The notes beneath the pieces are model-generated. The model did not search any database and had not been told where the DNA came from. It was given only the letters and a program-made list of their open reading frames with translations. Shown here piece by piece: positions 20,501-27,822 of a stretch of 64,000 nt of DNA. Location of the stretch: positions 32,001 through 96,000 of the forward strand of contig CAMTVK010000017.1 of assembly GCA_947085185.1 (NCBI GenBank), given 5' to 3'. The stretch is from Candidatus Fraserbacteria bacterium. GTDB taxonomy: Bacteria; Bipolaricaulota; Bipolaricaulia; RBG-16-55-9; DRXL01. The position numbers and the translations under genes are program-made. Numbering within the stretch: position 1 is the stretch's first letter; each line of letters starts with the position of its first letter.

Positions 20501-20754
20501 AGTATTCGACGCGCGCGATGCGATTGTTAGAGGCGCATGGGGGCGTAATCGAGCAAGCGTACAGATTCTACTTTACCCACGCTTGTATTTTACAGCAGTT
20601 GGGGCAGCAGGCCGAGGCGCGGCGTTATCTCAAGGGAGCTTGCAAGCGCTTGCAGCAAGCGGCTGGGCAAGCTCCCACTGCCGAGCTGCGCGAAAATTTT
20701 CTGCACAATGTGCCTCTGCATCGTCAGATCCTGGCAGCTTACTATAATCAATAG
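17572..20754 (+). CDS. SARP/BTAD - AAA (STAND) ATPase - TPR transcriptional regulator (AfsR/DnrI-like)
   Basis: N-terminal wHTH (LEIRLLG...LLWPE), BTAD (LYRGPFL...W; ERAHRELM), FVGRERE, Walker A GEAGVGKT, Walker B LFLDDLHWAD, GNPLFL, C-terminal TPRs. Confidence 0.93.
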   Translation: MARLEIRLLGDVEARLDGALLRFPTQKAQELFAYLALHHEHAHPRLALAALLWPESDEEKAKVNLRKTLSRLRSLFVQDEHWLDFSGSAVRLKTQECWIDTAEFERLIALSPGDPKESERALEDAVALYRGPFLQGVYEDWALIEAERFRTLYLEALERLASAYQAREAHEKALQTWKQVLTVVPWHERAHRELMTLYARTGDRTAALHQYREYCSALQRELGIPPLPETQSLYEKILQGALPEPARIVALPREIPFVGRERECHVLQTLWQQVCQGEGQSVMLGGEAGVGKTRLVEHFIELAARREITVLRGAASTNELPYAPLLQAVRAGLRSIPVAQLSQLPRLYRSELAPFVPELSERFPDLTPNPVLPPAQGKARWFAALCGCFELLARERPVILFLDDLHWADDATFELLSYVMAHLKSSRIFLIGTYRLEETARAPLRQWLATVGAARAYQPLILNRLSQEEANLLLQRWLGGKTDALAAALYNQTEGNPLFLMELVHSLMRSGALVQDEGGRWGLTVGEIGSAHLSESLRGVIDASVQRVPQHAQNLIGLAAVLGRAFELPVLKEILRQPEGKILEHLEHLQAAGLIGERAGRYQFHHELIRQAVYEELRPDRRRLWHRKVGQALEELYPERSDELAGELAEHYERAQLWARAIHYAMRAGARAARSYAYGEAQRFYAKAIELCEAFASRKALSVRWQHTRLELYRRYLSREVFPTIYDLRRAPQELRRHIAQMIAVAQELKDMKALCEAYQHQARLELAAGQPKAAQDVMRHALAVARRAHDPALQADVLQGVASMRARCGEYRQAMIEYQRYVEALAPLGDARRLGYALNDLALTQRACGDFAQAQKTLKRANEQFQRAGDLWGQAAVADNLGCIWRDLGRYAEAESSLQRALELNQATGDHRGVGCSLVDLGTLRNDQGRYEEALEFLDRVVAMVDQPGMKGLEIEACSEKARAHLGRGELALALEYSTRAMRLLEAHGGVIEQAYRFYFTHACILQQLGQQAEARRYLKGACKRLQQAAGQAPTAELRENFLHNVPLHRQILAAYYNQ

Positions 20755-20828
20755 CACTCATCGTGTGATGCTGACGGCAAGACCGTCCATCACCGTGGCT
20801 TTTTGCTGATTTTCGTGGGCTTTTCGTG

Positions 20829-20862
20829 TTGTCACGCTTTTGTCACGCCCCAGGGATATACT
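20829..20862 (+). promoter_or_regulatory. SARP-type promoter: 9-bp direct repeats with 11-bp period, 8 nt upstream of a -10 box
   Basis: TTGTCACGC at 20829-20837 and 20840-20848; TATACT at 20857-20862; ATG at 20870. Confidence 0.7.
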
Positions 20863-20869
20863 CGTCCTA

Positions 20870-21148
20870 ATGATCCATATGTTCGAGCTCTACAAGCCAG
20901 GGAGTGTCCCCGATGAGCGGCTCTGCGCGCTGATGCAGCAGGCGCGCCGCAGTGCTCTCCAGATTGAGGGCGTCTACGACCTGGCGCTCTACCAGACCGA
21001 TCGGGACGGGCTCTGGCAGTGCAGCGTGGATGTGGAGGACGCACAGACGTGGGAGCACGTGCGCGCGCGCGTGCAGCGGCTTCTGGAGGAGCTCAAGGCT
21101 CTGGGAGTGGAGATCGTTCATGAGGACCAGTGGGAGCGGCGCGTCTAG
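20870..21148 (+). CDS. Small hypothetical alpha/beta protein (leaderless)
   Basis: 92-aa ORF with good codon usage, starting 7 nt after TATACT. Confidence 0.75.
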   Translation: MIHMFELYKPGSVPDERLCALMQQARRSALQIEGVYDLALYQTDRDGLWQCSVDVEDAQTWEHVRARVQRLLEELKALGVEIVHEDQWERRV

Positions 21149-21178
21149 AGATTTTCAGATCCTAAGGAGGGATCAACG

Positions 21179-22297
21179 ATGTTCAAGTGCACCAAGCAGG
21201 TCGGAGCGGTCGTGCGGTCGTTCGGTCTCGGCGTGTTGGCGTTCGCGGTGCTGGTCGGGCTGACGGTCTCGGCGCAGCAACAGCAGTTGGCTCAGCCGGT
21301 CACACAAATTAAGATCGTCCCGGAGAAGCCGTCTCCCAATGACGAGATCAAGATCGAGCTGTCGGGGACCTTCCCCAATTTTTGCGCTCCGGATTCCGCC
21401 ACGGCCCAGGTCGAGCTCAACCAAGTGACGATTGAGACATCCAACGTGAGCCAGTTCTGTGCCGAAGGGGAGACCAAGTGGAGCCTGAGCGTCCCTGTAG
21501 GCAAGAAGCTCGAAGCCGGCCCCTATCGCGTGCTGGTGCTCTTCAGGATGACCAAGGAGCCGCCGGACTTCTTGCTGGGCATGGCGCGCTTCGATGTCGC
21601 CGAGAAGAGCGGAAGCGCCGATCAAGCTGGTCAACCGAGCCCATTGGTCCCATTCACCTTCCTGCCCGTGGTCCAGACGCCCGACAAGAACACCGTCGTC
21701 CCAGTGTCCTTTCGCGTGACCACCGTCAGGGGCGGCAAGAGCAATGGCGATAATCGAATCGGGGGGACGGTGGGCGTCTCAGTCGGCGAGGTGGTCACGC
21801 TCAGCAATATCAGCACGGCGAAGAGCCAAACTTTTCGTGTTACAGGCTGCCAGGCTCAAGACGTTCGGGTCGAAGGTGGTTGCCGTCCTCCTTTTCCGCC
21901 CAAGGAGATCAAGCTGGAGATCACCGGGCCGGATCCGTACTTGGAGCTGTTCATCGAGCAGACAGAGCTGCCGGACTTGGCGGTGCGCATCAGTGCTAAC
22001 GTGCGGCGCTACACCGAGATGGAGCAGGTCTTCTGTGACATCACCGTCCTCACGACAGCCAGTAATCTCGGCAAGGGACCGGCCGGAGCAGTGGCATTGA
22101 GTACTAAGATCAATACCAGCAAATCACAAGTCTTTCGCTACGGGATGGGCAGCGACGGCGGCAATGCGACACAGGTGGATTTCTTGACCCGCCTGCGCCC
22201 CGGATCGTATCCGTTAGAAGCTGAAGTCGAGAGCCTCAGCATCAAGGAGAGCAATACGGCGAACAACAAGGCGAGCCAGGTCGCGGTCTGTCGGTAG
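21179..22297 (+). CDS. Secreted beta-rich protein with CARDB/Ig-like C-terminal domain
   Basis: TAAGGAGG SD, signal peptide (VSA|QQ), LPDL...IKESNTANN CARDB-like motif, Cys pairs. Confidence 0.85.
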   Translation: MFKCTKQVGAVVRSFGLGVLAFAVLVGLTVSAQQQQLAQPVTQIKIVPEKPSPNDEIKIELSGTFPNFCAPDSATAQVELNQVTIETSNVSQFCAEGETKWSLSVPVGKKLEAGPYRVLVLFRMTKEPPDFLLGMARFDVAEKSGSADQAGQPSPLVPFTFLPVVQTPDKNTVVPVSFRVTTVRGGKSNGDNRIGGTVGVSVGEVVTLSNISTAKSQTFRVTGCQAQDVRVEGGCRPPFPPKEIKLEITGPDPYLELFIEQTELPDLAVRISANVRRYTEMEQVFCDITVLTTASNLGKGPAGAVALSTKINTSKSQVFRYGMGSDGGNATQVDFLTRLRPGSYPLEAEVESLSIKESNTANNKASQVAVCR

Positions 22298-22411
22298 ATA
22301 CGCAGCAAACTGAATCAAAAAGGAGCGTGAACTACAATGCTACAAAGTCTTATGACGGGCTTAGCAAAGTCGTTCAATCTACTTCACATCACCACCAGGA
22401 GGGTGATTCAG

Positions 22412-23209
22412 ATGACGTTCGTCACGAAGCAGAACGCCGGCTTACTGAAGTCGGTGCGCAGTTGGGGAGTGCTGGGGTTGCTCCTGGTGCTCGCGGTATT
22501 TGTTCTTGTTCAGAACGCCCAGACTCAGGTAGGTACTGATGGGATTATACCACCTGGCGGCTATGTAGCGGCCAGTGAACCTGGTGGTGCGCGAATCTTG
22601 GGCGATCAGGGAAACCTTCCGACCAATCCGGCTATCGGTTTCTTCAGCACCTGTCCGTCACCACCGACGGTGCGCTGCAATGATGGCGGGGGCGGCAACG
22701 GCATCTTCAGACCGCTCGCCAACGTCATGGCCTTTGCTACCTCAAGTCAAGAGCGGATGAGGATTGGCCCTGGTGGCTGGGTCGCCATCGGTGCCACGGC
22801 TCCGTCCGCAGGCGCGCTGCTCACCGTCAACGGACACATTCATGCCGCCGGAAACATTACTGGCGCCGCCAAGATGTTCGTGCAGGCTCATCCCCTTGAC
22901 CAAACCAAAGAGATCGTCTATGTCTCTCTGGAAGGGCCGGAGGCCGGCACCTACATTCGCGGCACGGCGCAGCTCACTAACGGCGAAGCAGTCATTGAAC
23001 TGCCGGAGCACTTCAGCTTGGTCACCAATGACCAAGGCTTGACGGTGCAGCTCACGCCGTTTGGTGAGTTGCTCCAGCTCTACGTCGTGGAGAAGAGCGC
23101 CAAGCGAATCGTCGTGCGCGAAGCGAATGGCAAGAGTGGGCAGTTCGATTATCTCGTGCAAGGTGTACGCAAGGGATATGAGAACCATCAAGTAATCCGG
23201 GACAAGTAG
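22412..23209 (+). CDS. Secreted protein with tail-fibre-like segment and conserved C-terminal domain
   Basis: AGGAGG SD before ATG 22412; signal peptide; ERMRI..G.VAIG repeat; K.FVQ.HP....KEIVYVSLEGPEAGTYIRG domain. Confidence 0.85.
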   Translation: MTFVTKQNAGLLKSVRSWGVLGLLLVLAVFVLVQNAQTQVGTDGIIPPGGYVAASEPGGARILGDQGNLPTNPAIGFFSTCPSPPTVRCNDGGGGNGIFRPLANVMAFATSSQERMRIGPGGWVAIGATAPSAGALLTVNGHIHAAGNITGAAKMFVQAHPLDQTKEIVYVSLEGPEAGTYIRGTAQLTNGEAVIELPEHFSLVTNDQGLTVQLTPFGELLQLYVVEKSAKRIVVREANGKSGQFDYLVQGVRKGYENHQVIRDK

Positions 23210-23230
23210 TAGGCAGGATTAGAATGTAAA

Positions 23231-23261
23231 CGGGCGTCCGGGCCGCGCGCTCGGACGCCCG
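23231..23261 (+). repeat. Hairpin repeat copy R1 (first hairpin only)
   Basis: CGGGCGTCCGGGC-cgcgc-GCTCGGACGCCCG. Confidence 0.85.
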
Positions 23262-23305
23262 CCCCAAGCCAGAACGAACAGATCTAATAAAAGGAGTGAT
23301 AGACG

Positions 23306-23962
23306 ATGAAGTTCATCAAGACGAACGCCGGCTTCCTGAAGTCGGCGCGCAGTTGGGGAGTGCTGGGCTTGGTCCTGGCGCTCGCGTTCACGTTCGGATA
23401 TGCGCAGAGACCATTGCCATTGCCGTCTCTTATAGCTCTGCCTCCGGTTCCACCGCTGGCAGAGAAATTGGCTGGGTTAGGTCTTACTCATCCAGACCAG
23501 TTGGATGAGGCAACACGGAAACTAGATGCTCCTGCTCGCCTGCTGAATTTCAACCTAGCGACCCCTATGGACTTCTCAGCTATTCCAGGATTAGGAAAAG
23601 GTGTTTATGTCCCCATTCAGATAGCTAAAAGAGAAGGCGGTCGGCCCTCGCTGTACTTTCTTTCTCCTGGAGAGAAAACACTGGCGGGGATCTTCCTGGT
23701 CGGTGATGGGATGATGCTCAGATACATCACACGGGCAAGCGGACGTGGCGTACCTGCCCAAACCGGCGATGTCTATATAGAAGAGTGGACAAGTCGTGAA
23801 GGACAAGCGGTTTTCAAAGCCGAAGGAAAACTTGAGGTTACGGATCCTAAAACAGGATCAGGACGACTGGTTACGGAAGGACCCATATCGGGTCTTAGGA
23901 TAAGGATAAGGTGCACGTGGACAAATTGGAGTCAAACTCTCATCTGCGAAATCATACTCTGA
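23306..23962 (+). CDS. Secreted hypothetical protein sharing its leader with the 22412 gene
   Basis: AAGGAG SD; NAGFLKSARSWGVLGL leader; AT-richer mature region. Confidence 0.85.
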   Translation: MKFIKTNAGFLKSARSWGVLGLVLALAFTFGYAQRPLPLPSLIALPPVPPLAEKLAGLGLTHPDQLDEATRKLDAPARLLNFNLATPMDFSAIPGLGKGVYVPIQIAKREGGRPSLYFLSPGEKTLAGIFLVGDGMMLRYITRASGRGVPAQTGDVYIEEWTSREGQAVFKAEGKLEVTDPKTGSGRLVTEGPISGLRIRIRCTWTNWSQTLICEIIL

Positions 23963-23980
23963 GGGACGCACTGGAGGATA

Positions 23981-24068
23981 GGGCATCCGGGCACACGCTC
24001 GGACGCCTGCTCAACGAAATCACGGACGGATCGGCGGGGGCCGGGCGGAAACACGCTCGGCCCCTGTG
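23981..24068 (+). repeat. Double-hairpin repeat copy R2
   Basis: GGGCATCCGGGC-acac-GCTCGGACGCCT...AACGAAATCACGGACGGATCGGCG...GGGGCCGGGC-loop-GCTCGGCCCC-TGTG. Confidence 0.9.
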
Positions 24069-24072
24069 CGCT

Positions 24073-24483
24073 TTAGGCGATTGGCATTACGATCACGTCT
24101 TTGGCCAAGATCGGCCTTTTGGTCGTCCCGTCTCGGCTAAACTCGATCAGCCCGGCCATCCGCAGTGCCCGTAGATCGCGCGACACACTCTCTAAGCTGC
24201 GCCTCACGGCCCGCGCCAGCTCGGAGACCGAAGTGATCTCTTTGCTCCGCAAAGTTCGCAACAGCTCCAGACGCCTTGGGGTCAGTATCCGATGCTGGGC
24301 CTGCTCGGATAAAGAGAGCACGATCAACCGATCCGGAGCTAAGTCGGGCTGTGCCAACGCCCCGCGCAACAGATGTCCAAAAAACTCCAAAGCCGCGTCT
24401 GCGCGCGCGCTCAGCTTACGAGAGTTTCTTGGCTCTTTTGAACCTCTCAAGGTAATCCCTCTAGTTCGCTTTAAGATCTTCAT
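24073..24483 (-). CDS. HTH DNA-binding protein (HVO_A0114-like), putative antitoxin
   Basis: ILTPRRLELL...SVSELARAVRRSLESVSRDLRAL...GLI...KRP pattern. Confidence 0.8.
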   Translation of the reverse strand: MKILKRTRGITLRGSKEPRNSRKLSARADAALEFFGHLLRGALAQPDLAPDRLIVLSLSEQAQHRILTPRRLELLRTLRSKEITSVSELARAVRRSLESVSRDLRALRMAGLIEFSRDGTTKRPILAKDVIVMPIA

Positions 24484-24739
24484 AGGCTGCCGTTAAAGCT
24501 TCTGCCGGACTCTTGCCGGCGAAAGGCCGGCGTTCCCTATGCTCCTCCGAAATCCAGAACTTGTGACAATGAATGTATCCATGCGCGCTATCGCAGCGGT
24601 AGACATCCCAGCTTGCTTCTTCCGTTTCATATGCGAGATTCACGCTGAACTGCGTCACTTGACCCTTGGAGATGCGGAACCACACGTCGATTCGGACACC
24701 CGCCTCCTCCAGAAAGACCGTCCAGTGCTTCCGTTTCAA
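24461..24739 (-). CDS. Putative toxin with R.D.AHG..H motif (DUF7718/DUF6516-like), possibly truncated by a TAG
   Basis: YRCDSAHGYIHCH; overlaps the HTH gene; promoter TTGACA-17-TAAGCT at 24749-24777. Confidence 0.7.
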   Translation of the reverse strand: MKRKHWTVFLEEAGVRIDVWFRISKGQVTQFSVNLAYETEEASWDVYRCDSAHGYIHCHKFWISEEHRERRPFAGKSPAEALTAAYEDLKAN

Positions 24740-24802
24740 AGCAAGAACAGCTTAGCATACTTAACGCGCAATGTCAAGCTAAGGCGACGCAGAGGATATG
24801 AT

Positions 24803-24897
24803 GGCCTCCGGGCCGAGCGCTCGGGCGCCCCGCTCGCGAAATCAAGAACGACTCAGCGGGGGCCGGGCAGCAGTGCGCTCGGCCCCTGTGGCTTTTT
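24803..24897 (+). repeat. Double-hairpin repeat copy R3
   Basis: GGCCTCCGGGC-cgagc-GCTCGGGCGCCC...CGAAATCA...GGGGCCGGGC-loop-GCTCGGCCCC-TGTGGCTTTTT. Confidence 0.9.
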
Positions 24898-24968
24898 GGG
24901 GCTTGTGACACATCGCTTTTTAGGAGAGGGAGACTACAGTGCGGCCCGCCATCAAAATCTGTGAACGG

Positions 24969-25751
24969 CTATCGCTTCCTCCGCCGGGGAGGCCTAGCCC
25001 TCTCCACCGCCGGCTGATACGAAGCAACGAGCAACATCTCTTCCCCAGCAGCCTCTAGCGCCGACAGATCAATAAAGTAGCCGAACATCAGCGGCACTGG
25101 CTCCCCCGGCAACTGCGGCGCTATCGTTTGCAGCAGCCTCTGAAACTGCTGTACCTCGCGGGCGTAGATGCGCGATTTCACTTCCCCTAGCACTACCACC
25201 CGACGCTTAGCGCGCCGCCCTTCCCCGTAGAGATCGACCTCGACCACCTGCCCATCGGCTTGAAAGAGGCGGCGTTCCAAGCGCTCCACCGTGATTCCAT
25301 AACGCTTTTGGAGATAGCCCGGCAGCACCAGGCGGGCGATATCTTCTAAGCCATAGCCGATATTCTCGGCCAGGGCGCCCACTTGAGTGGCCAACTGCTG
25401 CAGGGCCTGCTCGGTGCGGGCCTGAGCTTCGGCCAGCCGCGTCAGAGCTGCTTCGACACGGTCCATGCGCTGCTCGGTGCGGGCTTGCGCCTGAGCCAAT
25501 TGCTCGAGGCGCTGCTCGGTGCGGGCTTGCGCTTGAGCCAATTGCTCGAGGCGCTGCTCGGTGCGGGCTTGCGCCTGAGCCAACTGCTCGAGGCGCTGCT
25601 CGGTGCGGGCTTGCGCGGCTGCCAGTTGAGCCACCGTCTGGCTGAGCCGGTCGAAGTCCTCGCGGCCAACACGGATATCTTTGAGCCGGTCGTCTACCAC
25701 GGTGACGATGGCCCGATACATCTCGGCGGTCAGGCCCGAAGATTCTGCCAT
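24969..25751 (-). CDS. Coiled-coil repeat protein with C-terminal PD-(D/E)XK-like domain (DUF3782-like)
   Basis: LAQAQARTEQRLEQ 14-aa repeats; GYGLED, EVDLYG...LGEVKSR nuclease-like motif. Confidence 0.85.
   Translation of the reverse strand: MAESSGLTAEMYRAIVTVVDDRLKDIRVGREDFDRLSQTVAQLAAAQARTEQRLEQLAQAQARTEQRLEQLAQAQARTEQRLEQLAQAQARTEQRMDRVEAALTRLAEAQARTEQALQQLATQVGALAENIGYGLEDIARLVLPGYLQKRYGITVERLERRLFQADGQVVEVDLYGEGRRAKRRVVVLGEVKSRIYAREVQQFQRLLQTIAPQLPGEPVPLMFGYFIDLSALEAAGEEMLLVASYQPAVERARPPRRRKR
25467..25616. repeat. 42-bp coding tandem repeat (about 3.6 copies)
   Basis: GCGCTGCTCGGTGCGGGCTTGCGC recurs at 25467, 25509, 25551 and 25593. Confidence 0.93.
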
Positions 25752-25793
25752 AATTATAATAATAGTCTATGTCGGTCACGCCCGCAAGCGACG

Positions 25794-25890
25794 GGGCGTC
25801 CGGGCCAAGCGCTCGGGCGCCCGCCCAACGAAATCACGGACGGATCGGCGAGGGCCGGGCGGTAAGCACGCTCGGCCCCCTTGGCTTTTT
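25794..25890 (+). repeat. Double-hairpin repeat copy R4 (terminator-like 3' end)
   Basis: GGGCGTCCGGGC-caagc-GCTCGGGCGCCC GCCCAACGAAATCACGGACGGATCGGCG AGGGCCGGGC-loop-GCTCGGCCCC CTTGGCTTTTT. Confidence 0.9.
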
Positions 25891-25994
25891 ATTTCCTGAT
25901 GAGATCTTACCCCATGCGCTTGCCCACAAGGTTTGCCCAGCTGCGGTGCCGCTGCTGTTGCTATGCTCCGCTTTGGTGTCTATAATAGCCCGCT

Positions 25995-26639
25995 ATGAAT
26001 GGCTTTTACAAGGCTCGCGTTTTTCTGGTCCGTCACGGCGAAACCCAATGGAACGCGGAGCTGCGCGTCATGGGGCAATTGGACATCCCGCTCAACGAGC
26101 GTGGTCGCGCCCAAGCGCGCCGCACCGCACAGCTGCTCGCACGCGAACAGCTCGCTGCGATCTACTCGAGCGATCTGGGGCGCGCCGTGGAGACAGCTCA
26201 GATCATCGCCGCCCCACATCGCCTGGACGTGATCACCATTCCGGAGCTACGCGAGGCATACTATGGCGCTTGGGAAGGCCTCACCAGACAAGAAGTCCTC
26301 GAAAGATTCCCCCAAGAGTATCAGAGGCGCCGAACTGATCCAGAAAACTTTCGCCCCTCCGGCGGGGAGAGCCGCCGAGAGCTCTATGAGCGCGCGTCAA
26401 AAATTTTCTCTGACCTTGTCGCTCGTCACCCCCATCAAAAGATTCTGATAGTGAGCCACGGCGGAACGATTCGGGCGATCCTGCGCTTCGTGTTGGGCCT
26501 TGGCCCAGGCAACGGGCACTTCGCTGTAGACAATTGCGGGATCACGATCATTGACAGGGAAGAAGACGACTCTTACGAAGTCTTCACAGTGAACTCTGTC
26601 TTCCATCTTGGGGAGCTGCGCACGGAGGATTTTTTCTGA
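25995..26639 (+). CDS. Histidine phosphatase (phosphoglycerate mutase family)
   Basis: LVRHGETQWN, SSDL.RA, GES, VSHGG. Confidence 0.95.
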   Translation: MNGFYKARVFLVRHGETQWNAELRVMGQLDIPLNERGRAQARRTAQLLAREQLAAIYSSDLGRAVETAQIIAAPHRLDVITIPELREAYYGAWEGLTRQEVLERFPQEYQRRRTDPENFRPSGGESRRELYERASKIFSDLVARHPHQKILIVSHGGTIRAILRFVLGLGPGNGHFAVDNCGITIIDREEDDSYEVFTVNSVFHLGELRTEDFF

Positions 26640-27822
26640 GCCCCCCTACAACCGCCATCACCGGCCAGCCGCATAGCGACAGCCCCTCATAGGGCGACCA
26701 CCCGCACTTGCTCTGCACATCAGCTCGCGTGATCGTCTTCTTTCTCTCAGGGTCAACGACGACAAGATCCGCATCCAACCCCACGACGAGCTCCCCTTTG
26801 GCAAGCCCAAAGCGCCTCGCAGGATTTCGACAACAGACCTCGACCAGCCGCAAGAGCGAAAATCTCTTGCTCTGGACAGCATCAAAGAGCAGCGGCAGCA
26901 GAAATTCTACTCCCGGCACCCCCGCAGGCGCCCTCTCATACCCGACGCTCTTCTCTTCGATCGTATGCGGTGCATGGTCAGTCGCAACTATATCTATCAA
27001 GCCCTCATGCAGCGCCCACCAGAGAAATTCTCGGTCTTCTTCGGGCGCCAATGGGGGGTTCATCTTGAGCCACGCCCCGCGCTGCTCCCGATCTTTTGCC
27101 GTGAAGTACAGATAGTGCGGGCACGTCTCACACGAGACGTCTATCTTCGATTCTTTTGCTTCTAGGATCGCTTCGACAGCCCGCTGCGTCGTCACGTGCG
27201 CGATGTGCAGTTTTGTCTCAAAAGCTGCCGCCAGATCGAGCACATAGAGAATATCGTCCACTTCGTGACGGGTGACGTCTGTGGGGTCGCCGTCGCGCTG
27301 CGCGTGCACGGTGAGCGTCTTTTTGGTCTCTGCGACGATCTTGAAGATCTCACGGTGCAGCTTCTTATCGCTAATAACTAAGTGCCCTGTCGTTTCGCCC
27401 AGATAGAGCTTGAACGCCTCCACGTGCGTGGCAAGTCTTCCTAATTCTCGAAAATTCTCTGTGGTGATCGCGCCGTAGAGAAAAGCATTAACTGCAGAAG
27501 CTGCAGCGCGGCGCCGGTAGTCGCGCACGCGCTCGACTGTATCTAATGGCGGATCGGTGTTGGGCATGGCGAAGACCGTCGTCACCCCGCCGCTGAGCGC
27601 CGCACGCCCCAGCGACCCCCAATCTTCTTTGTGAGATTGTCGGAGATCGCGCGCGTGCACGTGCACATCAATAAGCCCCGGCAGCACGAGCTTCCCGGAA
27701 CAGTCTATTTTCTCATCTCCATCGAGATGGCGCCCGACGGCACGGATCTTCTCATCGAACGCGATGTCGAACTTCTTGAGCTCCCCGTCTATGAAGATCT
27801 CAGCATTCGTGAGAACAGTCAT
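26584..27822 (-). CDS. pyrC: Dihydroorotase
   Basis: PGLIDVHVHAR, MPNT.P, CPHYL, KMNPPL, ATDHAPH; adjacent to pyrD. Confidence 0.9.
   Translation of the reverse strand: MTVLTNAEIFIDGELKKFDIAFDEKIRAVGRHLDGDEKIDCSGKLVLPGLIDVHVHARDLRQSHKEDWGSLGRAALSGGVTTVFAMPNTDPPLDTVERVRDYRRRAAASAVNAFLYGAITTENFRELGRLATHVEAFKLYLGETTGHLVISDKKLHREIFKIVAETKKTLTVHAQRDGDPTDVTRHEVDDILYVLDLAAAFETKLHIAHVTTQRAVEAILEAKESKIDVSCETCPHYLYFTAKDREQRGAWLKMNPPLAPEEDREFLWWALHEGLIDIVATDHAPHTIEEKSVGYERAPAGVPGVEFLLPLLFDAVQSKRFSLLRLVEVCCRNPARRFGLAKGELVVGLDADLVVVDPERKKTITRADVQSKCGWSPYEGLSLCGWPVMAVVGGLRKNPPCAAPQDGRQSSL

Noticed and set aside
22412..23209. Tail-fibre-like gene as evidence of a prophage or tailocin
   Set aside because: It has a Sec-type signal peptide, and no structural phage genes are nearby.
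25467..25616. 42-bp repeats as CRISPR
   Set aside because: Contiguous in-frame coding repeats without unique spacers.
23231..25890. Repeats as a CRISPR array or canonical integron attC sites
   Set aside because: Spacers are gene-sized and there are no cas genes. RYYYAAC appears in only two copies, with no matching GTTRRRY core. The recombinase at 5377 lacks an evident IntI-specific insertion.
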